A DNA stretch of 64,000 bases from Candidatus Latescibacterota bacterium. Its GTDB lineage: Bacteria; Latescibacterota; UBA2968. The notes under the pieces are model-generated. The model saw nothing but the letters and a program-made list of their open reading frames with translations. It did no database searches and was not told the origin of the DNA. Shown here in pieces: positions 1 through 8,048 of this stretch (its first letter is position 1; each line of letters opens with the position of its first letter). Where the stretch lies: positions 4,160,001 through 4,224,000 of the forward strand of contig OZ242311.1 in NCBI GenBank assembly GCA_965207885.1. The letters run 5' to 3'. The translations under genes were made by a program, and so were the position numbers.

Positions 1-2
1 TG

Positions 3-983
3 AATTTCTCTGAGAATACAGCGATCCATGAATCTCTGTTTATTGCGCGTCGGTCTGATGCGGAGAAAAAGCCTACCCGATTTATTTCTTTAGGTCGAAT
101 GCCTGCGGATGCTCATGAGGCGATGTTGTTGGCAAATATGATTAACGGTGGCAAAATTTCTGGTGAATGGGGCAGGGAATGTGAATGGCCGTGGGAACGG
201 GTGAGAAACGGTGATTGGCAAGCCGCGTTGTTTTACGATGAGGAACTGGCTGAAGCGTATTACGACCTTGCCGCGCTCAATGGCACGCGACTACAAATTG
301 TTGGCAACGCCTGTGCCATAGAACCGGAGGGACGACGTGTGCGAGACGCTTTTTCTCGTAATTCAAAGTTAGATACCCCCTGGAAAACACCGGTTCTGTG
401 GGATCATCAGACAGATGTCCGTACGACGATGGCTACAAAGCCTGATGTGGTAGCAACACCGAAGCGAGGTAGAGAGAAGTATGCACAGAGTTTGGTAAAG
501 AAAGCCAGCCGATTGGTTATCTCAGGACGGCTTTATACATACGCCGTGCGAACGGCAGCATGTTATACAGAGGAGCCAGTTCTTGGCTCTGCTTGGGTGC
601 CTGTCACCCCACTATCAAAAACACCTCACTTTGAGCACGCGCTGTGTGCGTGGTGGAACTCGACGCCTGGGATACTGACGATGCTTCATGCCAGGTCCAA
701 AAAGTTGACATATCCAGCATATTCTTTGGATCTGCTACGCAAGTTGCTCATCCCCAACCCGCGCAATGTCGATGTCTCCCCGCTCATTGATGTTTTCGCT
801 AAAACCCACCAGCGAGTACTCAAACCTTGGAAAGAGATGGACACCTGTCCTGTACGCGCCCTTATCGACGAAGCAGCAGCACAGGTTCTTCACATAGATG
901 GGGCAAAGATTGCGGACTGGCGCAAGCGGATCACGCTTGAACCTACCGTCTCTAACCGTCCGGCAGTGGAACGTTTTGGCTAA
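3..983 (+). CDS. 3' part of a probable type IIG/IIL restriction-modification enzyme (N6-methyltransferase C-terminal half plus target-recognition region); begins before the window
   Basis: Frame is open from base 3 (NFSENTAIHESLFIARR...), resembling the late motif region of gamma-class N6-MTases; C-terminal 'LCAWWNSTPGIL...LRKLLIPNP' is TRD-like; next to TA and CBASS genes. Confidence 0.6.
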   Translation, partial: NFSENTAIHESLFIARRSDAEKKPTRFISLGRMPADAHEAMLLANMINGGKISGEWGRECEWPWERVRNGDWQAALFYDEELAEAYYDLAALNGTRLQIVGNACAIEPEGRRVRDAFSRNSKLDTPWKTPVLWDHQTDVRTTMATKPDVVATPKRGREKYAQSLVKKASRLVISGRLYTYAVRTAACYTEEPVLGSAWVPVTPLSKTPHFEHALCAWWNSTPGILTMLHARSKKLTYPAYSLDLLRKLLIPNPRNVDVSPLIDVFAKTHQRVLKPWKEMDTCPVRALIDEAAAQVLHIDGAKIADWRKRITLEPTVSNRPAVERFG

Positions 984-1064
984 CTTATTGACAAAAAGTG
1001 GGGCGCCGCACGCCACAGGCATGGCGTAGCCAAAAAACTGGCCAGGCAATTGGAGGATCGAGTT

Positions 1065-1346
1065 ATGGCAGATAATACGACTCGCTGGGATTCAGCAGAG
1101 TACCTCAAAACAGAAGAAGATGTGCGCCTATACCTGGAAGCGTGTCTTGAAGAAGCAGGAGATGACCCCGCCTTTATGGCCCATGCATTAGACGTAATCG
1201 CTCGAGCCAAAAAAAGGATTCTCTTCGAGAGCATCAAACAAGGATTAACAGAGGCGATTGAACACGCGGCAGGCCAGGAAAGTGAGGCGGTTGTGCATTT
1301 CCCACGCACCCCTGATGTAAAATCGAAAAATAAAAAAGCCCGATGA
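1065..1346 (+). pseudogene. Chimeric/truncated addiction-module antitoxin (HI1420-type N-terminus fused to the N-terminus of a second XRE antitoxin; no HTH)
   Basis: 'TTRWDSAEYLKTEEDVRLYLEACLEEAGDDPAFMAHALDVIARAK' is the HI1420-family antidote N-terminus; 'LFESIKQGLTEAIEHA' is typical of another antitoxin N-terminus; GGAGG RBS before ATG 1065. Confidence 0.6.
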
Positions 1347-1366
1347 CCAAATAGGTCCTCGGGCTT
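1336..1366. terminator. Hairpin between convergent genes, probable bidirectional terminator
   Basis: AAGCCCGA-t-GACC-aaata-GGTC-c-TCGGGCTT with an A-tract on the left and a T-rich stretch on the right. Confidence 0.65.
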
Positions 1367-1390
1367 AATAGTTTTGGTTTCATCTATCAG

Positions 1391-1618
1391 CTATATCTCA
1401 GTCAATTCAGGAACATGTTCTTCCTCATATTTCTCAATCAGCACACCAATGACTTCCATCATTGAGGCGAGGGGATGATCTTCATTCTCGCCTACCACAT
1501 CAATCAAATCGTCCAGTATAGCCACAAGCCGTTGATATTCGCTCTCTTCATGGGGGACGAACACAACAGGGGTTAGAACGGGCCATACATCTTGAGCGGT
1601 TTGTATTTCTGCTACCAT
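1391..1618 (-). CDS. higA: HigA-like antitoxin, short form without HTH
   Basis: 'EYQRLVAILDDLIDVVGENEDHPLASMMEVIGVLIEKYEEEH' is the HigA N-terminal signature; directly downstream of higB. Confidence 0.7.
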   Translation of the reverse strand: MVAEIQTAQDVWPVLTPVVFVPHEESEYQRLVAILDDLIDVVGENEDHPLASMMEVIGVLIEKYEEEHVPELTEI

Positions 1619-1621
1619 AAT

Positions 1622-1909
1622 CTACTCTTTCCATTTCCCTCTATCATACTCGTCGTGCGTTAGAACCTCACGAATGTAGATTTTCTGTCGGTTGTAATGT
1701 ATTGCCTCGATAAGACGTGCTTTGTTACCACCAATATTGAAAACGGTTAAATTTTTTACCTGATCAGCATGGGGAAACGCCGTATGCAAATCGACAAACG
1801 AACGAAAATAGCCTCGCTTCATTAATCTATACCAATGTTCGAGTGATACTTTGGTATTGGGATGTCTCTGGGCAAACTCGTTCAAGCGTTTTCGGGTGAT
1901 GATATGCAC
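1622..1909 (-). CDS. higB: HigB-family mRNA interferase toxin
   Basis: '(M)HIITRKRLNEF...FPHADQV...TVFNIGGNKARLI..IHY....IYIREVLTHDEYDRGKWK'; likely GTG start at 1909. Confidence 0.85.
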   Translation of the reverse strand: MHIITRKRLNEFAQRHPNTKVSLEHWYRLMKRGYFRSFVDLHTAFPHADQVKNLTVFNIGGNKARLIEAIHYNRQKIYIREVLTHDEYDRGKWKE

Positions 1910-1988
1910 GGAGTGTCCTGCCGACAAGTTGTTCTATTTGCCTGTACCGAAGGCAGATCGGCATACCGACACAAGCAGGATGGTCAAG

Positions 1989-2489
1989 TCAGAGCATCCG
2001 TAGCCTCATGAGGCGGTAGGTCATCGCCAAGGTGCTCACTTTGAACTTCTCAGCAAGCATTTCAAGAACATCGTCTTCGGTTAGATCAAAGGGCTGTTGA
2101 TAGAAGGCTTCCCTGACCCACTCAGCGGGCATAAGGAGTGCAGCGGCAAATGCATTAGCCGCCATCTCTTCATGCTTGGTGCCGGAACCGGACTCAAGGT
2201 CTCGGAAATGTACATGATACCCCTTATCGATGTACGTATCGCCTTTATGAAGAACAAAGTGGCCGATCTCATGCGCGATGCTAAAGCGTTGCCGGTTGGG
2301 GTGGTGTTCTCGGTTGACACCAATAACAGCGCGGTCCCCGTTACGGACAAGTACCCCCGAACAATCTTCTCCGAGGTCTGCCAACTTGATCTTTATGCCT
2401 AGGTGAGCAGCGACTTGCGCCATAGGAACTGGAGCAGTATTCAGTCCCACATCTGCGAGCAACTGCTCAGCTCTTCTCTCCAACGACAT
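1989..2489 (-). CDS. ImmA/IrrE-family metallopeptidase (CapP-like)
   Basis: 'RQRFSIAHEIGHF' HExxH and 'EMAANAFAAALLMP'; overlaps the upstream XRE gene; divergent from CBASS. Confidence 0.9.
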   Translation of the reverse strand: MSLERRAEQLLADVGLNTAPVPMAQVAAHLGIKIKLADLGEDCSGVLVRNGDRAVIGVNREHHPNRQRFSIAHEIGHFVLHKGDTYIDKGYHVHFRDLESGSGTKHEEMAANAFAAALLMPAEWVREAFYQQPFDLTEDDVLEMLAEKFKVSTLAMTYRLMRLRML

Positions 2490-2844
2490 TATGACTTTCC
2501 TCTACATTACTAGCGATAAAGGAAGTAACTTGCGCTTGGCTTTTTCCTGCCTCCTCCTTCAACCAACCTGTGATTTTAGGCCTTGCGGTCCCAGCTTCGC
2601 TTTTTGGGAATTCATCTCGCGAGGGCAAAAGCAAGCGCATGTCAACATCAAGCGCATCGGCAAGTGCCCAGAGGGTGTGAAGCGTCGGTCGCTGATTTCC
2701 GCTCTCAATATTGGCAATTGATCCTCGAGCAAGGCCACAACGCTGCGCAAGTTGGGTTTGTGTGAGCCCCGCTTCGCGTCGCTTTCGTTCCACCTTCTGC
2801 CCTACGAGTTGGTAGAGCCTCTCTGAGTCAGGTCGCCGTCGCAT
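2467..2844 (-). CDS. XRE-family HTH repressor (CapH-like)
   Basis: 'RREAGLTQTQLAQRCGLARGSIANIESGNQRPTLHTLWALADALDV' Cro/C1 HTH; paired with the peptidase and divergent from the CD-NTase. Confidence 0.88.
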   Translation of the reverse strand: MRRRPDSERLYQLVGQKVERKRREAGLTQTQLAQRCGLARGSIANIESGNQRPTLHTLWALADALDVDMRLLLPSRDEFPKSEAGTARPKITGWLKEEAGKSQAQVTSFIASNVEESHNVVGEKS

Positions 2845-2852
2845 ATATACTT

Positions 2853-2882
2853 TAGATAGGATCTTGAGTATAAAATGTCAAG
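2853..2882 (-). promoter_or_regulatory. Sigma70-type promoter for the XRE/peptidase operon (probably leaderless), overlapped by an inverted repeat
   Basis: Minus strand TTGACA (2881-2876)-N17-TATCTA (2858-2853), 8 nt before ATG; CTTGA-N10-TCAAG at 2863-2882. Confidence 0.55.
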
Positions 2883-2982
2883 CAATAAAAAGCAAACAAG
2901 AGAATCTATATACTTATTAAATGGAATAACAGTGAAAAAGTTTTTAATACAAAGCAGAATTATAATATATACCTTTTATTCA

Positions 2983-3011
2983 TTGACAAAAATATAAGCT
3001 TATACTATACT
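2983..3011 (+). promoter_or_regulatory. Near-consensus sigma70 promoter of the CBASS operon with a palindromic operator candidate
   Basis: TTGACA (2983-2988)-N17-TATACT (3006-3011); perfect palindrome TATAAGCTTATA at 2993-3004. Confidence 0.75.
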
Positions 3012-3216
3012 ATGATCACCGATGCCCAAAGTCTTGCCGTGGGCGGTTGAAGGCAGTTCCGCCACCCGCTTCAGGTATATGGAGACAGGGTCTGTTACGC
3101 AAATCTATTATCTTCAAAGCTGGCGGATGAGACATAAAGAGGATCCCACTCCTCGAAGGGGAAAAACGCCTTCAAGGAGGTGTTAATCTATATATACATA
3201 TTGGAGGCCCTACGTC

Positions 3217-4164
3217 GTGGAATATACAAACCAACAACTCAACAACTATGTCAAACGGATTAAGCTCACTCAAGAAAAAAAATCGTCTTATAAGAGCCAA
3301 ATTGATAATCTGAGGGACAATGTTCGCAAGGCCATAAGCGATATGGAAAACACTAAATTAACAAAGGTCAAAATCGCAGGATCGTGGAGGAAAGGCACTG
3401 CCTTAGCACCAAAAGGAGAATATCCCCTCGATATAGACCTGGTATTCTACTTGGCCCTCGAAGAAGATATTTCCTTTGATGCCGAGGAGCTTCGGGAGGA
3501 GATCATTGACGTATTATGTGAGGCATACCCTACCAAGGAGAGATCAGACTTTACTGATGGGAAAAAAACCATCGGCATTGTGTTCAGAGGGTCTGGCCTT
3601 GAGGTTGATATTGTGCCGTTTATACCAGAAAAAGGTAATACGACTTATGGAAGACAACCAGAAAAAAAACTCAATTCAGGTGAGTTCAAAACCAGCGTCG
3701 ATAAGCAATTGGATTTTACAAAAAAAATAAAATCCAAGTGTTCTAATTTCACTTCCATTGTGCGCATTCTGAAAAGTTGGAAAAATTATAAAGAACTGGA
3801 ACTTTCCTCTTTTTCTCTTGAATTGGCAGTAGCTAAATTGATTGAGGAGGGGAGAATATCTGGTGCTTCAATAAACCAATCAATTATCAATTTTTTCGAG
3901 TTTTTCGGTAATGGTAATCCTGTCGAAGTGTATTTTTCAGGTGCGATTGGACCGCAAACGGGCAATGCACCCTGGATAGCAGATCCAACGAATAATGAGA
4001 ACAATTCGATCAGATTATCTGATAGTGAATGGGATGAAGTCATAGAAGAGGCAGAATGCGGCTTTGAAACTATTTCCTATGCACAAACCGTGCAAGAGAC
4101 TGGAAAAACATTAGACTTATGGAAAGAAGTTTTTGGACCAAGTTTCAATATTAAGGAGGTGTAA
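3217..4164 (+). CDS. CBASS cGAS/DncV-like nucleotidyltransferase (CD-NTase/SMODS)
   Basis: 'GSWRKGTAL...DIDLV...EVDIVP' Pol-beta NTase motifs, 'IADPTNNENN', C-terminal 'WKEVFGPSF'; followed by HORMA and ATPase genes. Confidence 0.93.
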   Translation: MEYTNQQLNNYVKRIKLTQEKKSSYKSQIDNLRDNVRKAISDMENTKLTKVKIAGSWRKGTALAPKGEYPLDIDLVFYLALEEDISFDAEELREEIIDVLCEAYPTKERSDFTDGKKTIGIVFRGSGLEVDIVPFIPEKGNTTYGRQPEKKLNSGEFKTSVDKQLDFTKKIKSKCSNFTSIVRILKSWKNYKELELSSFSLELAVAKLIEEGRISGASINQSIINFFEFFGNGNPVEVYFSGAIGPQTGNAPWIADPTNNENNSIRLSDSEWDEVIEEAECGFETISYAQTVQETGKTLDLWKEVFGPSFNIKEV

Positions 4165-4169
4165 TACCA

Positions 4170-4652
4170 ATGAGCACTATGACACAAACATATACCAGAA
4201 CAGATATCCGTAAAGTTTTTGAAAACTTCCAGGCAGATCTACAAATGCTTGCTGTAAGAACGCGGGCAATGGAATTAGATCATGCACAAGACTGTGCCCA
4301 TGATGTCTGTTTAATGGCTAGAGAAGAGTGCTTGACGCGCGTCCATATACAATTGTATGACTCTTTTGGAAGTCTGGTAAAAGTCCACCGGTATTCCGTG
4401 GAAGAAGATATATTATCAGATTCGCAAAGGCCAGGAGACAATAGATGGCCATGCTTACCTGACGGCACACTACGTGTGATTGTTGAATACTCTGATATAC
4501 AAAAATCGGAAGATCTCAAAAAATCAGGTAAGTTAAAAATTCCTTGGGGTCCCTCATCCTTATCAACCGATTACTCTGGAATGCACAGTAATGGCGGCAG
4601 ACTCTATTCCAGTAATAGCTATGGATTACAGCGCGAAACATTCGTGAACTAA
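4170..4652 (+). CDS. Bacterial HORMA-domain protein (Cap7-like)
   Basis: T/S-rich start 'MSTMTQTYTRTDIRKVFENFQADL' and C-terminal 'RLYSSNSYGLQRETF' typical of CBASS HORMA proteins; lies between CD-NTase and ATPase. Confidence 0.85.
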   Translation: MSTMTQTYTRTDIRKVFENFQADLQMLAVRTRAMELDHAQDCAHDVCLMAREECLTRVHIQLYDSFGSLVKVHRYSVEEDILSDSQRPGDNRWPCLPDGTLRVIVEYSDIQKSEDLKKSGKLKIPWGPSSLSTDYSGMHSNGGRLYSSNSYGLQRETFVN

Positions 4653-4664
4653 ACAGGACAAGAA

Positions 4665-5555
4665 ATGGCACAAGATACGTTTGATACTCAACGAGAACTC
4701 CCATCAAGTGATCTAAAAAATATTGCTGAAACACTTGTCGGCTTCGAGCGGCATTATGAAGCGTTGAAAAACCATCTAACGATAATGTTAATGCCTGATC
4801 ATATAGATAAGTGGAGCAAGCAATACCACAAACAAATTCTTCCATTATGCGAGGTAATCCGACAAAGATATCCACTTTTTCTTTTTAGCGGAGATGTCGG
4901 AACAGGAAAAACCGTTACGGCTGAGTGTGCTGCTGACCGGCTGACAAGAGAAATGAGCAAAGAAGGATTTCTGCTCAAGTTGAGTACCCGCGTGAGAGGT
5001 AAGGGTTTGCATGGAGAAATGAGTCAGCTTATCCAAGACGCTTTTGAAAATTTGACAACTCAAGCAGGCAAAAAACGTCTGTCCTTTCTATTGATAGACG
5101 AGGCAGATTCCATAGCATCTCTTCGATCCACCGAACAGATGCACCAGGAAGAAAAGGCGGCTGTCAACACGCTGATACAGAAAATTGATGAAATTCGCCA
5201 AGTAGGTGGTCGAGCGGTTGTATTTCTGTGTACTAATAGATCAAATGTCATTGATCAAGCTATCGTTAGGCGTGCTGCATTACATATAGAATTTTCTCGA
5301 CCAAATAAAGAAGAATGTATAGAATTACTGACAAATGATCTGCAAGGAGTAGGATTGACATCGCAAGAGCTAAATGAATTAGCATCCTTGATCTCAGGGA
5401 ATGGACAGAAAAAAGAAAATGGTTATTCATTTTCAGATTTTCGGTTGCGATTCCTTCCAGAGGCTCTTGCTCGGGCCTTTCCAGATCAGGCACTAACATT
5501 TGATATTCTAAGAGAAACAGCTTTGGCCGTGAAACCAAGCCCTCGGATTGTCTAA
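4665..5555 (+). CDS. Trip13/Pch2-like AAA+ ATPase (Cap6-like)
   Basis: Walker A 'GDVGTGKT', 'RVRGKGLHGEM' pore loop, Walker B 'LLIDEADS', 'TNR...DQAIVRRA'. Confidence 0.92.
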   Translation: MAQDTFDTQRELPSSDLKNIAETLVGFERHYEALKNHLTIMLMPDHIDKWSKQYHKQILPLCEVIRQRYPLFLFSGDVGTGKTVTAECAADRLTREMSKEGFLLKLSTRVRGKGLHGEMSQLIQDAFENLTTQAGKKRLSFLLIDEADSIASLRSTEQMHQEEKAAVNTLIQKIDEIRQVGGRAVVFLCTNRSNVIDQAIVRRAALHIEFSRPNKEECIELLTNDLQGVGLTSQELNELASLISGNGQKKENGYSFSDFRLRFLPEALARAFPDQALTFDILRETALAVKPSPRIV

Positions 5556-5556
5556 A

Positions 5557-6105
5557 ATGCAAAACAACGATGTTCAATTAAATCAGAAATTGCTCAAAAA
5601 ATTGAGTAAAAAAGCGGACTTTTGCCGATTTTCTCATTCGGAGCTAAAAGAAAAATATACCACCTGTCGAAATTGGAAAGAATTTTCTGTTGTGTTATTG
5701 TCGGTAGTTTCCGCCGCGCTAATCGGTTTTTACTATCGAGGAATATTGGAAGGTGATTGGACATTGTCGCTTATTTTTTGTTTACCTTTTACCATAATGA
5801 TAGTACAGGCACTGGATCACACTGTGTTTCAGTGGACACAGAAAGCAGCACGGCACGAGTCCGCAGTAGCAATTTGGGGGGATTGGATCAGAGAGGCAGA
5901 CTTTCTTGAGCAGCATATCCTTCAGTATTCAAGTGATTTAGTCGATGAAAAGATGCACAACATACAGGAAAAATACAGAAATTGTATGGGTAGTACAGAA
6001 CAAGTACCCAATAGCAAATTCCTAAAATACAAAAAGAAATTCAAAATACAGGTATTGGAATCTAAAAAAATGGATGACATGTCTTTGGAAGATCTAAAAA
6101 AATAA
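5557..6105 (+). CDS. Two-transmembrane CBASS effector, SLATT-like
   Basis: Two hydrophobic helices (FSVVLLSVVSAALIGFYY; WTLSLIFCLPFTIMIVQAL) flanked by 'FSH' and 'AARHESA' and a charged helical tail; starts 1 nt after the ATPase stop. Confidence 0.7.
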   Translation: MQNNDVQLNQKLLKKLSKKADFCRFSHSELKEKYTTCRNWKEFSVVLLSVVSAALIGFYYRGILEGDWTLSLIFCLPFTIMIVQALDHTVFQWTQKAARHESAVAIWGDWIREADFLEQHILQYSSDLVDEKMHNIQEKYRNCMGSTEQVPNSKFLKYKKKFKIQVLESKKMDDMSLEDLKK

Positions 6106-6120
6106 AATAACGTTTCAGAT

Positions 6121-6669
6121 ATGGCTATCCCAAATCCTCTCATTAAATTTACTTACGATGACTACCTGAATACGCCCGAAGACAAGCGTTATGAACTTCT
6201 GGACGGGGATTTAGTTGCGCTCTCTTCACCGGAAGAATTTCATCAACGTGTTTCCATCCTATTAGGGACGAAATTGGTTCAGTTCGCAGTTGAAAATCGC
6301 CTGGGGAGGGTCTATCACACGCCCTTCGACGTGGTGCTGTCGGATATGGACGTGGTGCAGCCCGATCTGATCTTCGTCTCCAATGAACGCGCCGATATCA
6401 TCACCCCTGCGAATATTCAGGGCGCGCCGGACCTCGTCGTCGAAATCCTATCTCCTTCCACAGCCGCACGCGATAAGACCATCAAGCGCAGTCTATATGC
6501 CAGGCACGGCATAACCGAGTACTGGATGGTCGATCTAACCGAAAAAACCATAACGGTTCTGCGTCTCGGCGAGCGCGGATTCGAGGTTGTCGATACCTAC
6601 GGCGAAGGGGAAATATTGACTTCGCCCACATTGCAAGGATTCACTTTGAGCCTCGGCGACATATTTTAA
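6121..6669 (+). CDS. Uma2-family (DUF820) putative endonuclease
   Basis: 'RYELLDG...HQ...VVQPDLIFV...GAPDLVVEILSPST...DK..KR.LYARHGITEYWMVD'. Confidence 0.92.
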   Translation: MAIPNPLIKFTYDDYLNTPEDKRYELLDGDLVALSSPEEFHQRVSILLGTKLVQFAVENRLGRVYHTPFDVVLSDMDVVQPDLIFVSNERADIITPANIQGAPDLVVEILSPSTAARDKTIKRSLYARHGITEYWMVDLTEKTITVLRLGERGFEVVDTYGEGEILTSPTLQGFTLSLGDIF

Positions 6670-6806
6670 GACAGCCTTGACAACATTAAAAAGTTCGGCT
6701 ATTTTGCAATCCCACTGCAAAATAGCCGCTTTTTTCTACCCCAAATGTATATTACCCGCACTCTTGAATCCTTTGTCGCATCTTCTCAATTTCCCTTCTC
6801 ATCTTA

Positions 6807-7766
6807 ATGATACCCGACCTCTTACCCCTAAAACCCTACCTCCGCGAAACCGTCTGGGGAGGGCGCAGCCTGGGGACACACTACAACAAAGCACTTCCCC
6901 CGGATGTACCCATTGGCGAATCGTGGGAAGTCTCGGCATACAAAGGGATGGAAAGCATTGTCGCAGACGGTCCCCTTGCCGGACAAAACCTCGCCGACCT
7001 CGTCGCAATTTACGGCGCAGACCTCCTCGGACAGCGCGTTATCCAGCGTTATGGCACTGAATTCCCATTGCTCATCAAATTCCTCGATGCACGCGACGAC
7101 CTCTCCATCCAGGTACACCCCGACGACACCTATACCCGTACAGAAAACCTGGGCACCTATGGCAAAACAGAAGCGTGGTACATACTCAAATCAGACCAGG
7201 GGCGCGTGGCTTGTGGCCTGAAAGACGGCGTAGATAAACACAGCTTGAAATTATCCATCCGCGAAAACCGCGTACAGGACACCGTGCAATTCTTCGATGT
7301 ACAGGAAGGCGATGTAATCTTTGTACCGCCCGGCACAGTACACGCCCTGTGCCAGAACGTCATGATCTACGAAGTACAACAATCCAGCGACCTCACCTTT
7401 CGCATCTACGACTACAACCGCCCCGGCACCGACGGCAAGCCGCGCGAACTGCACATTGACCGCGCCCTCGACGTCATCGCCTTTGACGCACCCGCGCCAG
7501 AACCGCGGAACTCACGTCACGAGGCAAACGCCACACTCATCGGAGCAGAAGACACCGAATACTTCCGTCTCGAACGCTTCGCCCCTGCTGGCATCGTCCA
7601 GCACGCCTATCCCACATTTGCGGCACTCACCGTCCTCGCCGGTCAAGCCCAATTAAACAAAACCTTCACCGCTCAAACAGGCGATACCTTCTTCATCCCG
7701 GCCAATCGCACCGTCACCGTCTCACCAGAAGAAAACGTGGAATATTTAATCTCATCCTGTGGGTAG
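6807..7766 (+). CDS. manA: Type I mannose-6-phosphate isomerase
   Basis: 'VWGG...GESWE...FPLLIKFLDA...LSIQVHP...KTEAW...PGTVHA...EVQQSSDLTFRIYDY'. Confidence 0.9.
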   Translation: MIPDLLPLKPYLRETVWGGRSLGTHYNKALPPDVPIGESWEVSAYKGMESIVADGPLAGQNLADLVAIYGADLLGQRVIQRYGTEFPLLIKFLDARDDLSIQVHPDDTYTRTENLGTYGKTEAWYILKSDQGRVACGLKDGVDKHSLKLSIRENRVQDTVQFFDVQEGDVIFVPPGTVHALCQNVMIYEVQQSSDLTFRIYDYNRPGTDGKPRELHIDRALDVIAFDAPAPEPRNSRHEANATLIGAEDTEYFRLERFAPAGIVQHAYPTFAALTVLAGQAQLNKTFTAQTGDTFFIPANRTVTVSPEENVEYLISSCG

Positions 7767-7770
7767 ATCG

Positions 7771-8037
7771 CTAAACCTGTGCTTCGCCGTAGAGGTCAAT
7801 GCGGGCGCGGAGGGAGGGTTTGATGAAAACATCATCGAGGGGCAATTGGGAAAAGGCGTGTGCGAGAATATCCACCTGCGTGGGCACATCGAGGCGGTAA
7901 TCGAGAATCAGGCGCTGTTCGCCGCGCACGACACACAGGCCACCGGTACCCCCCATGAGATCTTCGCGAAATAAGGGAATATTCAGGCGATGGGCAAGGG
8001 CTTCAAATTCTTGCAGAAGCTGGGAATCGGTCATCAT
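7771..8037 (-). CDS. Small hypothetical protein
   Basis: Compact ORF 'MMTDSQLLQEFEALAHRLNI...GGLCVVRGE...LAHAFSQLPLDDVFIKPSLR'; the ORF-track start at 8058 lies inside the IS. Confidence 0.65.
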   Translation of the reverse strand: MMTDSQLLQEFEALAHRLNIPLFREDLMGGTGGLCVVRGEQRLILDYRLDVPTQVDILAHAFSQLPLDDVFIKPSLRARIDLYGEAQV

Positions 8038-8048
8038 ATAAAAATTGG

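Noticed and set aside
6121-6669. Uma2 nuclease as a fifth CBASS gene
   Set aside because: Only 15 nt downstream of the effector, but it is more GC-rich than the CBASS genes and Uma2 genes are often abundant and scattered; no evidence of a functional link, though not excluded
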